Sequence record: PZ452596.1
Source: a phage
Length of the DNA stretch: 64,000 bases
Direction: 5' to 3' (one strand)
The notes beneath the pieces are model-generated. The model ran no database searches, was not told the origin of the DNA, and saw only the letters and a list, made by a program, of their open reading frames with translations. The translations under genes and the position numbers were made by a program. This document shows positions 19,573 to 28,265 of the stretch, in pieces (the first letter of the stretch is position 1; each line of letters starts with the position of its first letter).

Positions 19573-19914
19573 TCAATCACAAGATGTAGATGAACAACTA
19601 GAATCACAAGAACTTCCGCATGAATCGCCCGTCCATACATGAACAGGAACATTAGTATCATATGAATCAGAACTAGATTGTGTATTCTGTGTGTTAGATG
19701 ATGTAGTAGGTACTGACCATCGCCAAGGATTTTTATAATATTCTTGGGCTTCTTCATAAGTCATAGTAACTGCTTCTACTGTTCCATCTCCCATATAAAC
19801 ATACTCAACTACAGTTAAAGGAAGGTAGTCATTTGAAATAGGAACTACACCTTCCCCAGGAGTCGTAGAGAAAAAATCCGTAAAGAAACTTTTAAACCAA
19901 TTAAAGATAAACAT
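19573..19914 (-). CDS. hypothetical protein 113 aa with Cys/Ser-rich C-terminal tail
   Basis: ATG at 19914 with AGAGGA RBS; C-terminus ...[18 protein letters not shown]. Confidence 0.55.
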   Translation of the reverse strand: MFIFNWFKSFFTDFFSTTPGEGVVPISNDYLPLTVVEYVYMGDGTVEAVTMTYEEAQEYYKNPWRWSVPTTSSNTQNTQSSSDSYDTNVPVHVWTGDSCGSSCDSSCSSTSCD

Positions 19915-20126
19915 CACAAAAATCCTCTTTGAAATTCGACTCTTTGAAATCCACCCCAGTCAGTATATCGCATTTCAGCATTGAACTCGACTGAACCATC
20001 TGCATGCATCATGAATGAATGCGTGACGACATCACAATCCCAGCTTTTCATACCCCATTTATCAGCGATAGCTTTATCAAGAACCTTCTGGAGGTCTTCA
20101 TTTGGTTTAATCCAACGATTTAACAT
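19914..20126 (-). CDS. hypothetical protein, 70 aa
   Basis: ATG at 20126 with AGAGGAGAACACT RBS and early promoter upstream. Confidence 0.55.
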   Translation of the reverse strand: MLNRWIKPNEDLQKVLDKAIADKWGMKSWDCDVVTHSFMMHADGSVEFNAEMRYTDWGGFQRVEFQRGFL

Positions 20127-20152
20127 AGTGTTCTCCTCTATAAGATATTTTT

Positions 20153-20182
20153 ATTATACCACACTCATTTTGACATGTAAAC
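20153..20182 (-). promoter_or_regulatory. T4-type early promoter directly after soc terminator
   Basis: GTTTACatgtcaaaatgagtgtggTATAAT then GAGGAG RBS. Confidence 0.6.
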
Positions 20183-20195
20183 CATAAAATGAAAA

Positions 20196-20217
20196 AAGGA
20201 ATCCCGGAGGATTCCTT
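20196..20217 (-). terminator. intrinsic terminator after soc (8-bp stem, U-run)
   Basis: aaggaatcc-cgga-ggattcctt followed on minus strand by UUUUUUCAUUUUA. Confidence 0.7.
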
Positions 20218-20224
20218 AAAATAT

Positions 20225-20482
20225 TTAACCACCGACACCTGGTGTCGGTGTAACAGTCCAAAGACCTTCATTAGCAGTGATCCATTCAGTACGCTGATTT
20301 TCTTCATATACTGTAGAATATGCTGCTTTTTCAGAAGGGAATGTCTGATAATGAGCACCAGAAATTTTGTGAACATCAGAATAAAGAGGGAAAGCTACAG
20401 AAATTTCTTTACCCTGAATTGTACCACCATCAACTGCTTGGTCAAATGTTTTGATATTAACATAACCGCGAGTACTAGCCAT
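20225..20482 (-). CDS. soc: small outer capsid protein Soc, 85 aa
   Basis: MASTRGYVNIKTF...EISVAFPLYSDVHKISGAHYQTFPSEKAAYSTVYEEN; exact late promoter TATAAATA upstream; terminator downstream. Confidence 0.85.
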   Translation of the reverse strand: MASTRGYVNIKTFDQAVDGGTIQGKEISVAFPLYSDVHKISGAHYQTFPSEKAAYSTVYEENQRTEWITANEGLWTVTPTPGVGG

Positions 20483-20512
20483 GTAATTCTCCTTTTATTT
20501 AAATTACATGAT

Positions 20513-20520
20513 TATTTATA
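20513..20520 (-). promoter_or_regulatory. late promoter core TATAAATA upstream of soc
   Basis: Exact TATAAATA on minus strand ~30 nt before soc ATG, followed by AAGGAG RBS. Confidence 0.7.
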
Positions 20521-20550
20521 ATAAATTCTCGCGGCTTTTAAGACGAGCTG

Positions 20551-21069
20551 TTAATAACCTCGGTCTTGACGAGCAAAGTTTTCAGCATTTTTCAGATAAT
20601 AAAGTTTAAAGATTTCTTCTGCTGTAAGACCAAGACCTTGGAACATGTTCAGAACGAAATGGAGAATATCAATCATTTCAAATTTAATTTCCAATTGGTC
20701 TTGTGGAGACAAATCAGTAATCAAAGTTTCACGGCGTTCACCATGCTGCGACTTCCAAGGTTTCCATACAGCAGATGCATCTTTTTCACCATTGCTCATA
20801 CCACCAAGAGAAGTCAGAAGTTCGCGGAATTCATCATCAATATAATCTTTCTGATTGCGTAGCCAATCAACAACTTCACCTGCAGTAGCCAAATCATCAG
20901 GATGACGGTTATATTCAGGTTTATCTTTAGCTAAACGAACCTGTAGAGATTTCTGCATATCAAGCATAACCTGCAGCGGGTCTTTTTCGTCACCGAGAAT
21001 ATCCCAATATTCATTTTGAGCTTTATCAGCGCCTTCAATCAGTTGTGAGCATTCATTAAAGTAAGCCAT
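20551..21069 (-). CDS. 56: dCTPase/dCTP pyrophosphatase, 172 aa
   Basis: Internal ATG at 21069 with AAGGAAAAATA RBS; MAYFNECSQLIEGADKAQNEYWDILGDEKDPLQVMLDMQ... Confidence 0.9.
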   Translation of the reverse strand: MAYFNECSQLIEGADKAQNEYWDILGDEKDPLQVMLDMQKSLQVRLAKDKPEYNRHPDDLATAGEVVDWLRNQKDYIDDEFRELLTSLGGMSNGEKDASAVWKPWKSQHGERRETLITDLSPQDQLEIKFEMIDILHFVLNMFQGLGLTAEEIFKLYYLKNAENFARQDRGY

Positions 21070-21140
21070 TATTTTTCCTTTCAATTCGTGGGTTAGTAGA
21101 TCAATTATACAATAAATATATAAAGCAATAAGGAGGACAT

Positions 21141-21341
21141 ATGGTACAAAAATTAATGGCACTTGTTAATGCCATCAAAGGTAATAAAAAGCGTATAGCT
21201 TTTACTATTTCTGCTATGGTAGGAATTTTACTCTGGAACTTTATTTTATCACCAATTGCAATTGCGCATGGTGTTAATATTCCAGTAGTTACTCTTGATA
21301 CATTTGTAGATTTAGCATTTGCTTTAGTTGGGTTAATTTAA
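21141..21341 (+). CDS. small two-helix membrane protein, 66 aa, on the opposite strand
   Basis: AGGAGG 4 nt before ATG; MVQKLMALVNAIKGNKKRIAFTISAMVGILLWNFILSPIAIAHG...; stop overlaps stop of gene 61. Confidence 0.5.
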   Translation: MVQKLMALVNAIKGNKKRIAFTISAMVGILLWNFILSPIAIAHGVNIPVVTLDTFVDLAFALVGLI

Positions 21342-22366
21342 ATCTTAGCATATTTAGATAACCGCATTTTAGCCATTAACCCCTGGGCAATATTATTTTT
21401 CATATATTCCATAATTTGTTCAGGGGTTGCACCTTCCTTTCTAATCATATCATTAACATCTTTTGATTTCCAGGGAGATTTATCCCAAAACATAACCCTT
21501 TCTCCTGCATCAACTAATTTAGTCATTCGTTTAATAGTGTCAGGGTGACGAGGTTCATTATCTAAAACCCACACACGTCTATCTTTAAATGGAACAACTT
21601 CTAGGTCTAATTGACCACCTGTAATAGCTATACCATTTTCAATAAAAAGTGAATCTATAGGTCCTTCTAGAACATATACATCACCATCTTTAACTCGTTC
21701 GACTCCATAGATTTTTGTTGCTTCAGGATAAGCTTTGATAGTGATATATTTTTGGGGAGCATCTTTCTTTAATGCACGTCCTTGAAAAGACTCGGCTTTT
21801 CCATTAGCATTATAAATTGGAATAACAAGACGAGGCTCAGGTATTTCCTTTTTATATGTTCCCGGTGCTATGCTATTAACTAATTTAGGCCATTCAGTTG
21901 TAAACCAAAGATATTTCCATTTATCCTTTGGAATACAACGAGCTTTTACATATTTTATAATTGCATGGTCTTCCTCCAGTTTATCTAATCGAACACATGA
22001 CGGAAGAGATTTAATTATTTTCTTCTCAGGTTGTTTAGGAAGTTCTTTAGGTTTTTCTACTGGACGACTTTTACCTTTTTCTTTTCTTATTTCAAAGATA
22101 TACTCACGATATAAATCAGGTTCAAACTCCTTTAAATATATTCCGATTGGTGCATGATAGTTACAGTTATAACAATGAATATTTCCTTCATTATTATCAC
22201 CATAATACCATCCACGAGCTTTATTCTGGTCGGTTTTTGAATCTCCACAAACAGGGCATCTAAACCGCAATTTAAAAGTTGAACTATTATTTACTTGTGT
22301 GAATTTAGGTAAATGAGCCAATGCACGATACGCAAACTCATTATCAATCCAAGGTATTGATGACAT
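21338..22366 (-). CDS. 61: DNA primase, 342 aa
   Basis: MSSIPWIDNEFAYRALAHLPKF...CPVCGDSK...CYNCNYH (zinc ribbon) plus TOPRIM region. Confidence 0.95.
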   Translation of the reverse strand: MSSIPWIDNEFAYRALAHLPKFTQVNNSSTFKLRFRCPVCGDSKTDQNKARGWYYGDNNEGNIHCYNCNYHAPIGIYLKEFEPDLYREYIFEIRKEKGKSRPVEKPKELPKQPEKKIIKSLPSCVRLDKLEEDHAIIKYVKARCIPKDKWKYLWFTTEWPKLVNSIAPGTYKKEIPEPRLVIPIYNANGKAESFQGRALKKDAPQKYITIKAYPEATKIYGVERVKDGDVYVLEGPIDSLFIENGIAITGGQLDLEVVPFKDRRVWVLDNEPRHPDTIKRMTKLVDAGERVMFWDKSPWKSKDVNDMIRKEGATPEQIMEYMKNNIAQGLMAKMRLSKYAKI

Positions 22367-22368
22367 TT

Positions 22369-22533
22369 TTACTCTTCTTTTTCTTTAGATTCCTCTTTTT
22401 TCTTTTTAGGAATCTGTTCAGGACCTTTATTTACTACAGCACCTGATGTTGTTCCAGTAGAGATATTTTCAGGATTACCACCTGAATCTCCAGCAACCAT
22501 ATCTTCTTTAATAAATTCTTTATATGTTTTCAT
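22369..22533 (-). CDS. hypothetical hydrophilic protein, 54 aa
   Basis: ATG at 22533 with AGAGGTTAAT RBS (copy of repeat upstream); below ORF-track cutoff. Confidence 0.4.
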   Translation of the reverse strand: MKTYKEFIKEDMVAGDSGGNPENISTGTTSGAVVNKGPEQIPKKKKEESKEKEE

Positions 22534-22579
22534 ATTAACCTCTATTCATAAAAGCATTAAAAATTTGGTCATCAATAGA
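22534..22579 (-). repeat. 46-bp direct repeat copy 1 (3' coding end plus RBS)
   Basis: attaaCctctattcataaaagcattaaaaatttggtcatcaataga; one mismatch to copy at 22892. Confidence 0.8.
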
Positions 22580-22891
22580 TGGAATAGCAACCTTTTCGGC
22601 ATCATTTAGCAAATCATTAATTTCATCAGATAGCATAACACATGTGCCTTTATTTCCTGTAATTGTTACTGCACAATTACGAACGTTTTCTTTATCAAAT
22701 TTTAGGTTAATATTTTCGTAGTGAAAATCCTTTAATGCCGAGTATATCTTTAAAATGAAATTGTCTTTTACTACAATAAACCCAACTTCACTATTAAAAC
22801 GTGGTTCATGGAAACTGTAATAAACCTTTTCATCTATGAAATCGTATGAAATTTTTTCCATTTTTAAATATGAAAATTCAGAACTATACAT
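22535..22891 (-). CDS. hypothetical protein 118 aa (61.1/61.2 region); C-terminus identical to next gene
   Basis: ATG at 22891 with AGAGATTAAT RBS; ends ...SIDDQIFNAFMNRG. Confidence 0.55.
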   Translation of the reverse strand: MYSSEFSYLKMEKISYDFIDEKVYYSFHEPRFNSEVGFIVVKDNFILKIYSALKDFHYENINLKFDKENVRNCAVTITGNKGTCVMLSDEINDLLNDAEKVAIPSIDDQIFNAFMNRG

Positions 22892-22937
22892 ATTAATCTC
22901 TATTCATAAAAGCATTAAAAATTTGGTCATCAATAGA
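22892..22937 (-). repeat. 46-bp direct repeat copy 2
   Basis: attaaTctctattcataaaagcattaaaaatttggtcatcaataga; encodes shared C-terminus SIDDQIFNAFMNR. Confidence 0.8.
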
Positions 22938-23525
22938 AATATTTACTTTAGACTGTTTTTCAGATGGCAATTCATATCCACATATTACAATTTTATGATC
23001 AATATCAAAATACACAGAAGCAATATGATTAATGATATTTTCAGTGAAGTCTAAATCAACATCAATATCTTTTTGACCACAGCCCAAAGGATAAATAATG
23101 CGAGTAATTCGATTATCTTTAACAAATATTCCACCGACATACTCTGTACTGCGTTTAAAGTCTACACGCCGACGAAATGAAAAATATTCAGGCTCTCTAT
23201 GAGCTCGGCTCATAGGACACAACGAGTAACTAGAATAAGAGATGTCAAATCCTACACCTTCAATATGAGCCAACGTGTCATGATTAAACCAATTATAATC
23301 GTACGCCAAATCCATTATATTGTAATATGTGAAAGGCACCGGATTAACATCATGTGTTGTACCTTTAAAATCTGCCCAGGCAACGATTTCGTTATCTTTA
23401 ACAATTACAAAAATTGTGCCAATAAGATATCCACGGTTATTTTCATCAGGCGTTATATTATAACATTGTGCATCAGGAAATTTACCGTATTTAAACGGTG
23501 GATTTTTGTGCATATAATAAATCAT
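22893..23525 (-). CDS. hypothetical protein 210 aa (61.2 position; possible anti-defence factor homolog)
   Basis: ATG at 23525 with AGGTGAATAAT RBS; ends ...ISIDDQIFNAFMNRD. Confidence 0.55.
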   Translation of the reverse strand: MIYYMHKNPPFKYGKFPDAQCYNITPDENNRGYLIGTIFVIVKDNEIVAWADFKGTTHDVNPVPFTYYNIMDLAYDYNWFNHDTLAHIEGVGFDISYSSYSLCPMSRAHREPEYFSFRRRVDFKRSTEYVGGIFVKDNRITRIIYPLGCGQKDIDVDLDFTENIINHIASVYFDIDHKIVICGYELPSEKQSKVNISIDDQIFNAFMNRD

Positions 23526-23526
23526 A

Positions 23527-23820
23527 TTATTCACCTGTGATTTCGGTTACGATATTTTTGTTATTAAAGTTTTTATCGCAATACAGAACATAATTATACT
23601 GCATTACACCACCAGACTTAAGCTGTTTTTGTACTTCAGCTTTCATTTCAGGACGATCACGCTCAACGATATTCATAATATCTGCTTCAATCTGAGTTTC
23701 AACCTCAGTCTGATCTGCAGTCATAGACCATTCGCACAAATCTTTATCATAACCCGCCATAGCAGGCTGAGCAGCACAAGAAGCCAAAGCAAAAATTGCA
23801 GCAAAAATAAATTTTTTCAT
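23527..23820 (-). CDS. secreted/periplasmic protein 97 aa, spackle-like (61.3 position)
   Basis: MKKFIFAAIFALASCAAQPAMAGYDKD (signal peptide); GAGGAG RBS; own early promoter. Confidence 0.55.
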   Translation of the reverse strand: MKKFIFAAIFALASCAAQPAMAGYDKDLCEWSMTADQTEVETQIEADIMNIVERDRPEMKAEVQKQLKSGGVMQYNYVLYCDKNFNNKNIVTEITGE

Positions 23821-23848
23821 GATAATCTCCTCAGTAGTTTATGTTTAT

Positions 23849-23877
23849 ATAGTATCTCAATTTCCAACAAAAGTAAA
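23849..23877 (-). promoter_or_regulatory. early promoter upstream of spackle-like gene
   Basis: TTTACTtttgttggaaattgagaTACTAT. Confidence 0.45.
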
Positions 23878-23880
23878 TAG

Positions 23881-24138
23881 TTATTTTAAAACTTCTGCGT
23901 AATCACATGTTACAAACTGTTTCTCTAGCTTGACGATTTTACGAAAGTATCTTTTACATTGACGAATCTGCCGCTTCGTAGGGCGCACAGCAAACTTAAT
24001 AAATTCTACTCGACCAAATGGAGGGCTTTCTTCCGCTGGAATATCTAACACCAATTCCCACGTATCCGCAATAAGTGCCTTGAATTGAGTATTTTTCCTG
24101 ACATTATACGGAGTAGGTTTAAATAAAACCGTATGCAT
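23881..24138 (-). CDS. hypothetical protein 85 aa (61.4 position)
   Basis: Internal ATG at 24138 with GGCGAGGGTAAT RBS, 2 nt after dmd stop. Confidence 0.5.
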   Translation of the reverse strand: MHTVLFKPTPYNVRKNTQFKALIADTWELVLDIPAEESPPFGRVEFIKFAVRPTKRQIRQCKRYFRKIVKLEKQFVTCDYAEVLK

Positions 24139-24139
24139 A

Positions 24140-24331
24140 TTACCCTCGCCAATCAGATTCAAAAACTTTTTTATCATTAACAAATGCTTTAACTAAAGCT
24201 TTATTAACTTCAGCGAGTTGTGAAGTGACCCATAGAACTTGGTCTCTATCAGACACATCCATAGTGATTTCTTTGGTAAACATATTACCATTTTCAAACC
24301 AGCCAATAAAAACAACCTTTGCTAATTCCAT
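24140..24331 (-). CDS. dmd: Dmd-like small protein, 63 aa
   Basis: MELAKVVFIGWFENGNMFTKEITM...; size and position directly downstream of gene 41; GGGGAG RBS; own early promoter. Confidence 0.7.
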   Translation of the reverse strand: MELAKVVFIGWFENGNMFTKEITMDVSDRDQVLWVTSQLAEVNKALVKAFVNDKKVFESDWRG

Positions 24332-24360
24332 AACAATCTCCCCATTTAACCAACAAGACT

Positions 24361-24390
24361 ACTATACCATAGTCTTGTCAGCTTGTAAAC
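24361..24390 (-). promoter_or_regulatory. T4-type early promoter upstream of dmd with inverted repeat around -10
   Basis: GTTTACaagctgaCAAGACTatggTATAGTAGTCTTG. Confidence 0.55.
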
Positions 24391-25817
24391 TAAAATTTTA
24401 ATTCATTTGCTAAAGCATCTAACTGAGCTCGAGTGGATTCATTTCTTTGATAGCGATTCTGTTCAGCCTGAATCTGTTGTGAACCTGCTACTTCACTCAC
24501 TTCAGTTGGAGTAGAATCTTGTTCAATTTCTACCCATTTTTGATTTCCTTTTTGAACACCCATCAAAAACTTATTCCACTTATTCTTATCACCATATCGT
24601 GATTTGATTTGCTTAATGAGTTGCTGTTCAGCAGCTGCTAGCTCCTCGGTTTCAATGACCGCAAGCATAAAATCAGCTGTCGCTGGAAGACCAGCAGATT
24701 CTGCGATATCACTCATGTTAACATCAGAAGAGTCCCAAGCTTGTTTACCGACCTGTGCTGCAGTCCAAAGAACAGTTTCGGTTTCAACAGCAAGAGCACG
24801 CAATTCCTCTGCAATAGCTTTAACAGTTGTGTAACTATTTTCTGAATAAACTCTAATGCGGCAAGATTTACAAATACCTAGATAGTCGACAATAATGATT
24901 GTTGGAACAAAATTCTTTTTGAGCTTCAATTCATTCAAGAGAGACCTGAATGTGTTAGCATCTGCCCCACCAGTAGGGTACTGTTTAACAATTAAACGAC
25001 CGAGAGTAGATTTCTCACGCCATTTTTCCATTTTTCCTTTATACTCAGCGTAAGAAATATGCCCATCATCAATGTCATCAAGAGAAACATCAAGCATATT
25101 AGCATCAATACGCTTAGCACAGACTTCTTCTGCCATTTCCATGGAAATGTAAAGAACATTATGTCCGAGCTGCAAATAATCTGCTGCCAATGAACACAGA
25201 CCTAATGACTTACCAACGTTAACGCCAGCCATTAAAACGTTCAGTGTTCCAGTCTCAGCTCCACCTTTAGTAATTTTGTTCAGAATTCTGAGTTTAAATG
25301 GAACCTTACGAGCTTTATTCATATAAGATAGCCAACGTGCTTCGTAGTCATCCATCCAATCATGACCAACGTAACTATCAAATGAAATTGATAATGCCTG
25401 GCGCATGATGTCAGGAATAGCACCAACATCCGGCATTTTCTTATTTCGTTTTTCCGGAGGAAGCTCAGCATTAGTTTGAATTTCGATTATTTTAGACGTA
25501 GCATTAAACATCGCCCTTTGCTGAACATATTTTTCTGTTTCTTTTACTAACCAGCTGTGGTCTTCCGGAGAATCAGCCAGTTTTGAAATAAGTGTTTTTA
25601 CACCAGAATATTCTGTTTCAGTAAATGAACTATTTTCTAATGCAACATTTAACGCATTAATAGATGGAACGCTATGATACTCATTAACATGAGATTTAAT
25701 TAATTTGAATGTATTTTTAGCTGGACCACTTTCAAAATATTCTGAATCCATATATGGCCAAACTTTTGAAAAATAAGCTTGATCAAATATGAGATGAGAA
25801 AGAATAATTTCTACCAC
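24390..25817 (-). CDS. 41: replicative DNA helicase (DnaB family), 475 aa
   Basis: GTG start at 25817 with AAGGAG 5 nt upstream; MVEIILSHLIFDQAYFSKVWPYM...; Walker A GVNVGKS. Confidence 0.95.
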   Translation of the reverse strand: MVEIILSHLIFDQAYFSKVWPYMDSEYFESGPAKNTFKLIKSHVNEYHSVPSINALNVALENSSFTETEYSGVKTLISKLADSPEDHSWLVKETEKYVQQRAMFNATSKIIEIQTNAELPPEKRNKKMPDVGAIPDIMRQALSISFDSYVGHDWMDDYEARWLSYMNKARKVPFKLRILNKITKGGAETGTLNVLMAGVNVGKSLGLCSLAADYLQLGHNVLYISMEMAEEVCAKRIDANMLDVSLDDIDDGHISYAEYKGKMEKWREKSTLGRLIVKQYPTGGADANTFRSLLNELKLKKNFVPTIIIVDYLGICKSCRIRVYSENSYTTVKAIAEELRALAVETETVLWTAAQVGKQAWDSSDVNMSDIAESAGLPATADFMLAVIETEELAAAEQQLIKQIKSRYGDKNKWNKFLMGVQKGNQKWVEIEQDSTPTEVSEVAGSQQIQAEQNRYQRNESTRAQLDALANELKF

Positions 25818-25826
25818 ACTTACTCC

Positions 25827-26171
25827 TTAAAAGAATTTAAATTTTTTCTTTGACCTTTTATTAAATGCATCTTGCAGTTGCATTGTAATACATTTTTCTA
25901 CATGAGGAGCTAACTCAGCTTTTCTTTCTTGGTCAAGAACAGCAAAGTCCATTACAACCTTTCCATCAACCCAATCCAGTTTAGTTACATACACTATATG
26001 TGTAGAACCATCTTCTAGTTTAATGACAATCTCCTGGATAACATTTTCCATAGCGGATTTAATTATCTTAAGAGACTCATTAAAAAGACGTTCTTTTCTT
26101 TCTTCTTCCCCCTCCGAAGAGGGGGATTCATCGATAATTTCTAGATCTAAGTCTAAATCATCTTTATTCAT
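25827..26171 (-). CDS. 40: gp40-like protein, 114 aa
   Basis: Position between uvsX and 41; ATG at 26171 (track start is GTG); acidic N-terminus. Confidence 0.6.
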   Translation of the reverse strand: MNKDDLDLDLEIIDESPSSEGEEERKERLFNESLKIIKSAMENVIQEIVIKLEDGSTHIVYVTKLDWVDGKVVMDFAVLDQERKAELAPHVEKCITMQLQDAFNKRSKKKFKFF

Positions 26172-27345
26172 TAAATTCTTCCATATCACTTAACTGCTCG
26201 AGGTCAGTTTCTAAATCAGCAGCTGATTTACTTTTACTTTCTGGAGATTTAAATTTTTCAACCTTTGAGTTAATCAATTCATCAACTTCAGCTTCAACAA
26301 TTTCATTACTATCAATAGCACCTAACTGATAAGCACGTTTAATAGCATCTCGGAATGGTTGATGCTTAAATAAAGGACCCCAGAATGTAGTGCAGTTGGT
26401 ATCTTTTGCACGCCAAGATTTTTCTTCGCGAATCATCTCGCCGGTTTCTTCATCAAGAAATTCACGAGCATACCAGCCATTTTTAGGTTTTACCACGAAT
26501 CCTAATTCTAGAGCCATATCTAACAATCCAGAATAAGGATCGATACCACCGTCAAATTTAACATCAATAAAGAATTTACTTTTTTCTTTAACGGTACGAG
26601 ATTTTTCTACATTTAGAACAAATTGATACCCCTGAAGATCAGAACCATCTTTAATTTGGCGTTTACCGATAATGAATACAGTATCAGCCGAATACATTAC
26701 GCCTGTACCACCTGTCATCACGGTTTTACTAAACATTTCAATTGTTTCAATTGTATGGTTAACCGCAACACATGGAATATTTTTAATGCTAAAATAAGGA
26801 GTAACAATACGGAATAATGACTTCAGTGATTTAGCACGAGTCATATCTGCCACAGATTTTTCATTCAAGGCATCTTCCGTTTCTTTCTTAGAAGCCATAT
26901 TACCGATTGAGTCGATGAATACAATAACCTTTTCACCACGCTCAATAGCTTCAAGCTGATTCACCATATCAATTTTCAGCTGTTCAACTGACTGAATTGG
27001 CGTATGAATTACTCGTTCCGGGTCAACTCCCATGGATCGCAAATAAGCTGGAGTAATACCAAATTCGCTATCATAGAATAGACAAACCGCGTCAGGATAT
27101 TTGTTCAAATATGCCGCAACCATAGTCAAAGACATATTTGATTTAAAGTGTTTAGAAGGCCCTGCGAAAATAGTTAAACCAGACTGCATACCGCCATCAA
27201 TCGCACCAGAAATAGCAATATTAAGCATTGGGATTTTTGTACGGATTACATCCTTTTCATTAAAGAATTTAGATGTAGTCAGTTCAGCAGTCATTTTAGA
27301 AGTGGAAGCTTTAATCAAACGGGATTTTAAATCTGCAATAGACAT
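26164..27345 (-). CDS. uvsX: UvsX recombinase (RecA family), 393 aa
   Basis: MSIADLKSRLIKASTSKMTAELTTSKFFNEKD...; RecA-type P-loop. Confidence 0.95.
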   Translation of the reverse strand: MSIADLKSRLIKASTSKMTAELTTSKFFNEKDVIRTKIPMLNIAISGAIDGGMQSGLTIFAGPSKHFKSNMSLTMVAAYLNKYPDAVCLFYDSEFGITPAYLRSMGVDPERVIHTPIQSVEQLKIDMVNQLEAIERGEKVIVFIDSIGNMASKKETEDALNEKSVADMTRAKSLKSLFRIVTPYFSIKNIPCVAVNHTIETIEMFSKTVMTGGTGVMYSADTVFIIGKRQIKDGSDLQGYQFVLNVEKSRTVKEKSKFFIDVKFDGGIDPYSGLLDMALELGFVVKPKNGWYAREFLDEETGEMIREEKSWRAKDTNCTTFWGPLFKHQPFRDAIKRAYQLGAIDSNEIVEAEVDELINSKVEKFKSPESKSKSAADLETDLEQLSDMEEFNE

Positions 27346-27422
27346 TCATTTTTTCCATAGGCATCATTATATTTTCCTCACTGGTTAAAGATAGAGTAAT
27401 TATAACACAATAAATTTAGGCA

Positions 27423-28265
27423 TTAATCAACTGCTATTGGATGAATAGCATTAAACTTATGAAATGCTTCTGATTTTTCTTTACGCGAAACGCACATGCG
27501 AAGAACCTTTAATGGTTCGTCTTCTTCACCCAACGATTTTCGTTTTTCAATATTAGAAGTTTTCCAACGAGCTTGCTCTGGAAACTCTCTATTGATTTGC
27601 TCGAGCGCTCTATTATGTTTAGAATTACTGCGAATTGAACTGCACCCGCCGGGAGCTTGTGCTTTTCCGGATACAACTAGATATTTGAACAAGGCCAAAT
27701 GCGGATAACCTTGATTAATTAAATTGAGAAATGCATACATATCTTCGCACAAATCAATTTTTCCATACCCAATTTGTTCTGTCGTAAGTTTTCCAAGGTC
27801 ATACCATGTATTCGTGAATCCATATGAATTTTCACGATAATTACCCCAAGATGAAGTAATTTTAAAAATAGGTAGACGAGCATGACCGTGATAATATCCG
27901 CAATCCATAGCATCTTCAACGTATTGAATCAATTCGTAGAATTGTTCACGGGTTAATTGATTGACTTTATCTACACAGCGACGATCATCTCTTTTTCGCA
28001 TTGAGCTCATACGAATAGTAGTATCATCGTCAATCATCCAGATTCGTTGACCTGCATACATATCAGTAATTGCTTTACGAGTACCAGCAATTCCATTTAC
28101 GTCATCAGGAATAGTTATAATTTTAGCTCTAGACCCATAGGCATCATAATAAGCTTTTTCTTCATGTTCACGTACTACAATATGGGGTTCATAATCAGTC
28201 GGAAACATATCAAGGGCAGAAACTGCCCCGACACGCTGATAACTTGGAATTACGAATTGAATCAT
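27423..28265 (-). CDS. glycosyltransferase with DxD motif (GT-A-like), 280 aa, at the beta-glucosyltransferase position
   Basis: ATG at 28265 forming ATGA overlap with gene 42 stop; IWMIDDDTTI motif; does not resemble T4 beta-gt as I recall it. Confidence 0.6.
   Translation of the reverse strand: MIQFVIPSYQRVGAVSALDMFPTDYEPHIVVREHEEKAYYDAYGSRAKIITIPDDVNGIAGTRKAITDMYAGQRIWMIDDDTTIRMSSMRKRDDRRCVDKVNQLTREQFYELIQYVEDAMDCGYYHGHARLPIFKITSSWGNYRENSYGFTNTWYDLGKLTTEQIGYGKIDLCEDMYAFLNLINQGYPHLALFKYLVVSGKAQAPGGCSSIRSNSKHNRALEQINREFPEQARWKTSNIEKRKSLGEEDEPLKVLRMCVSRKEKSEAFHKFNAIHPIAVD

Noticed and set aside
21070-21140. Possible late promoter for the plus-strand ORF (ATAAATATATAAAG)
   Set aside because: Does not contain an exact TATAAATA and no convincing -35/-10 pair was found
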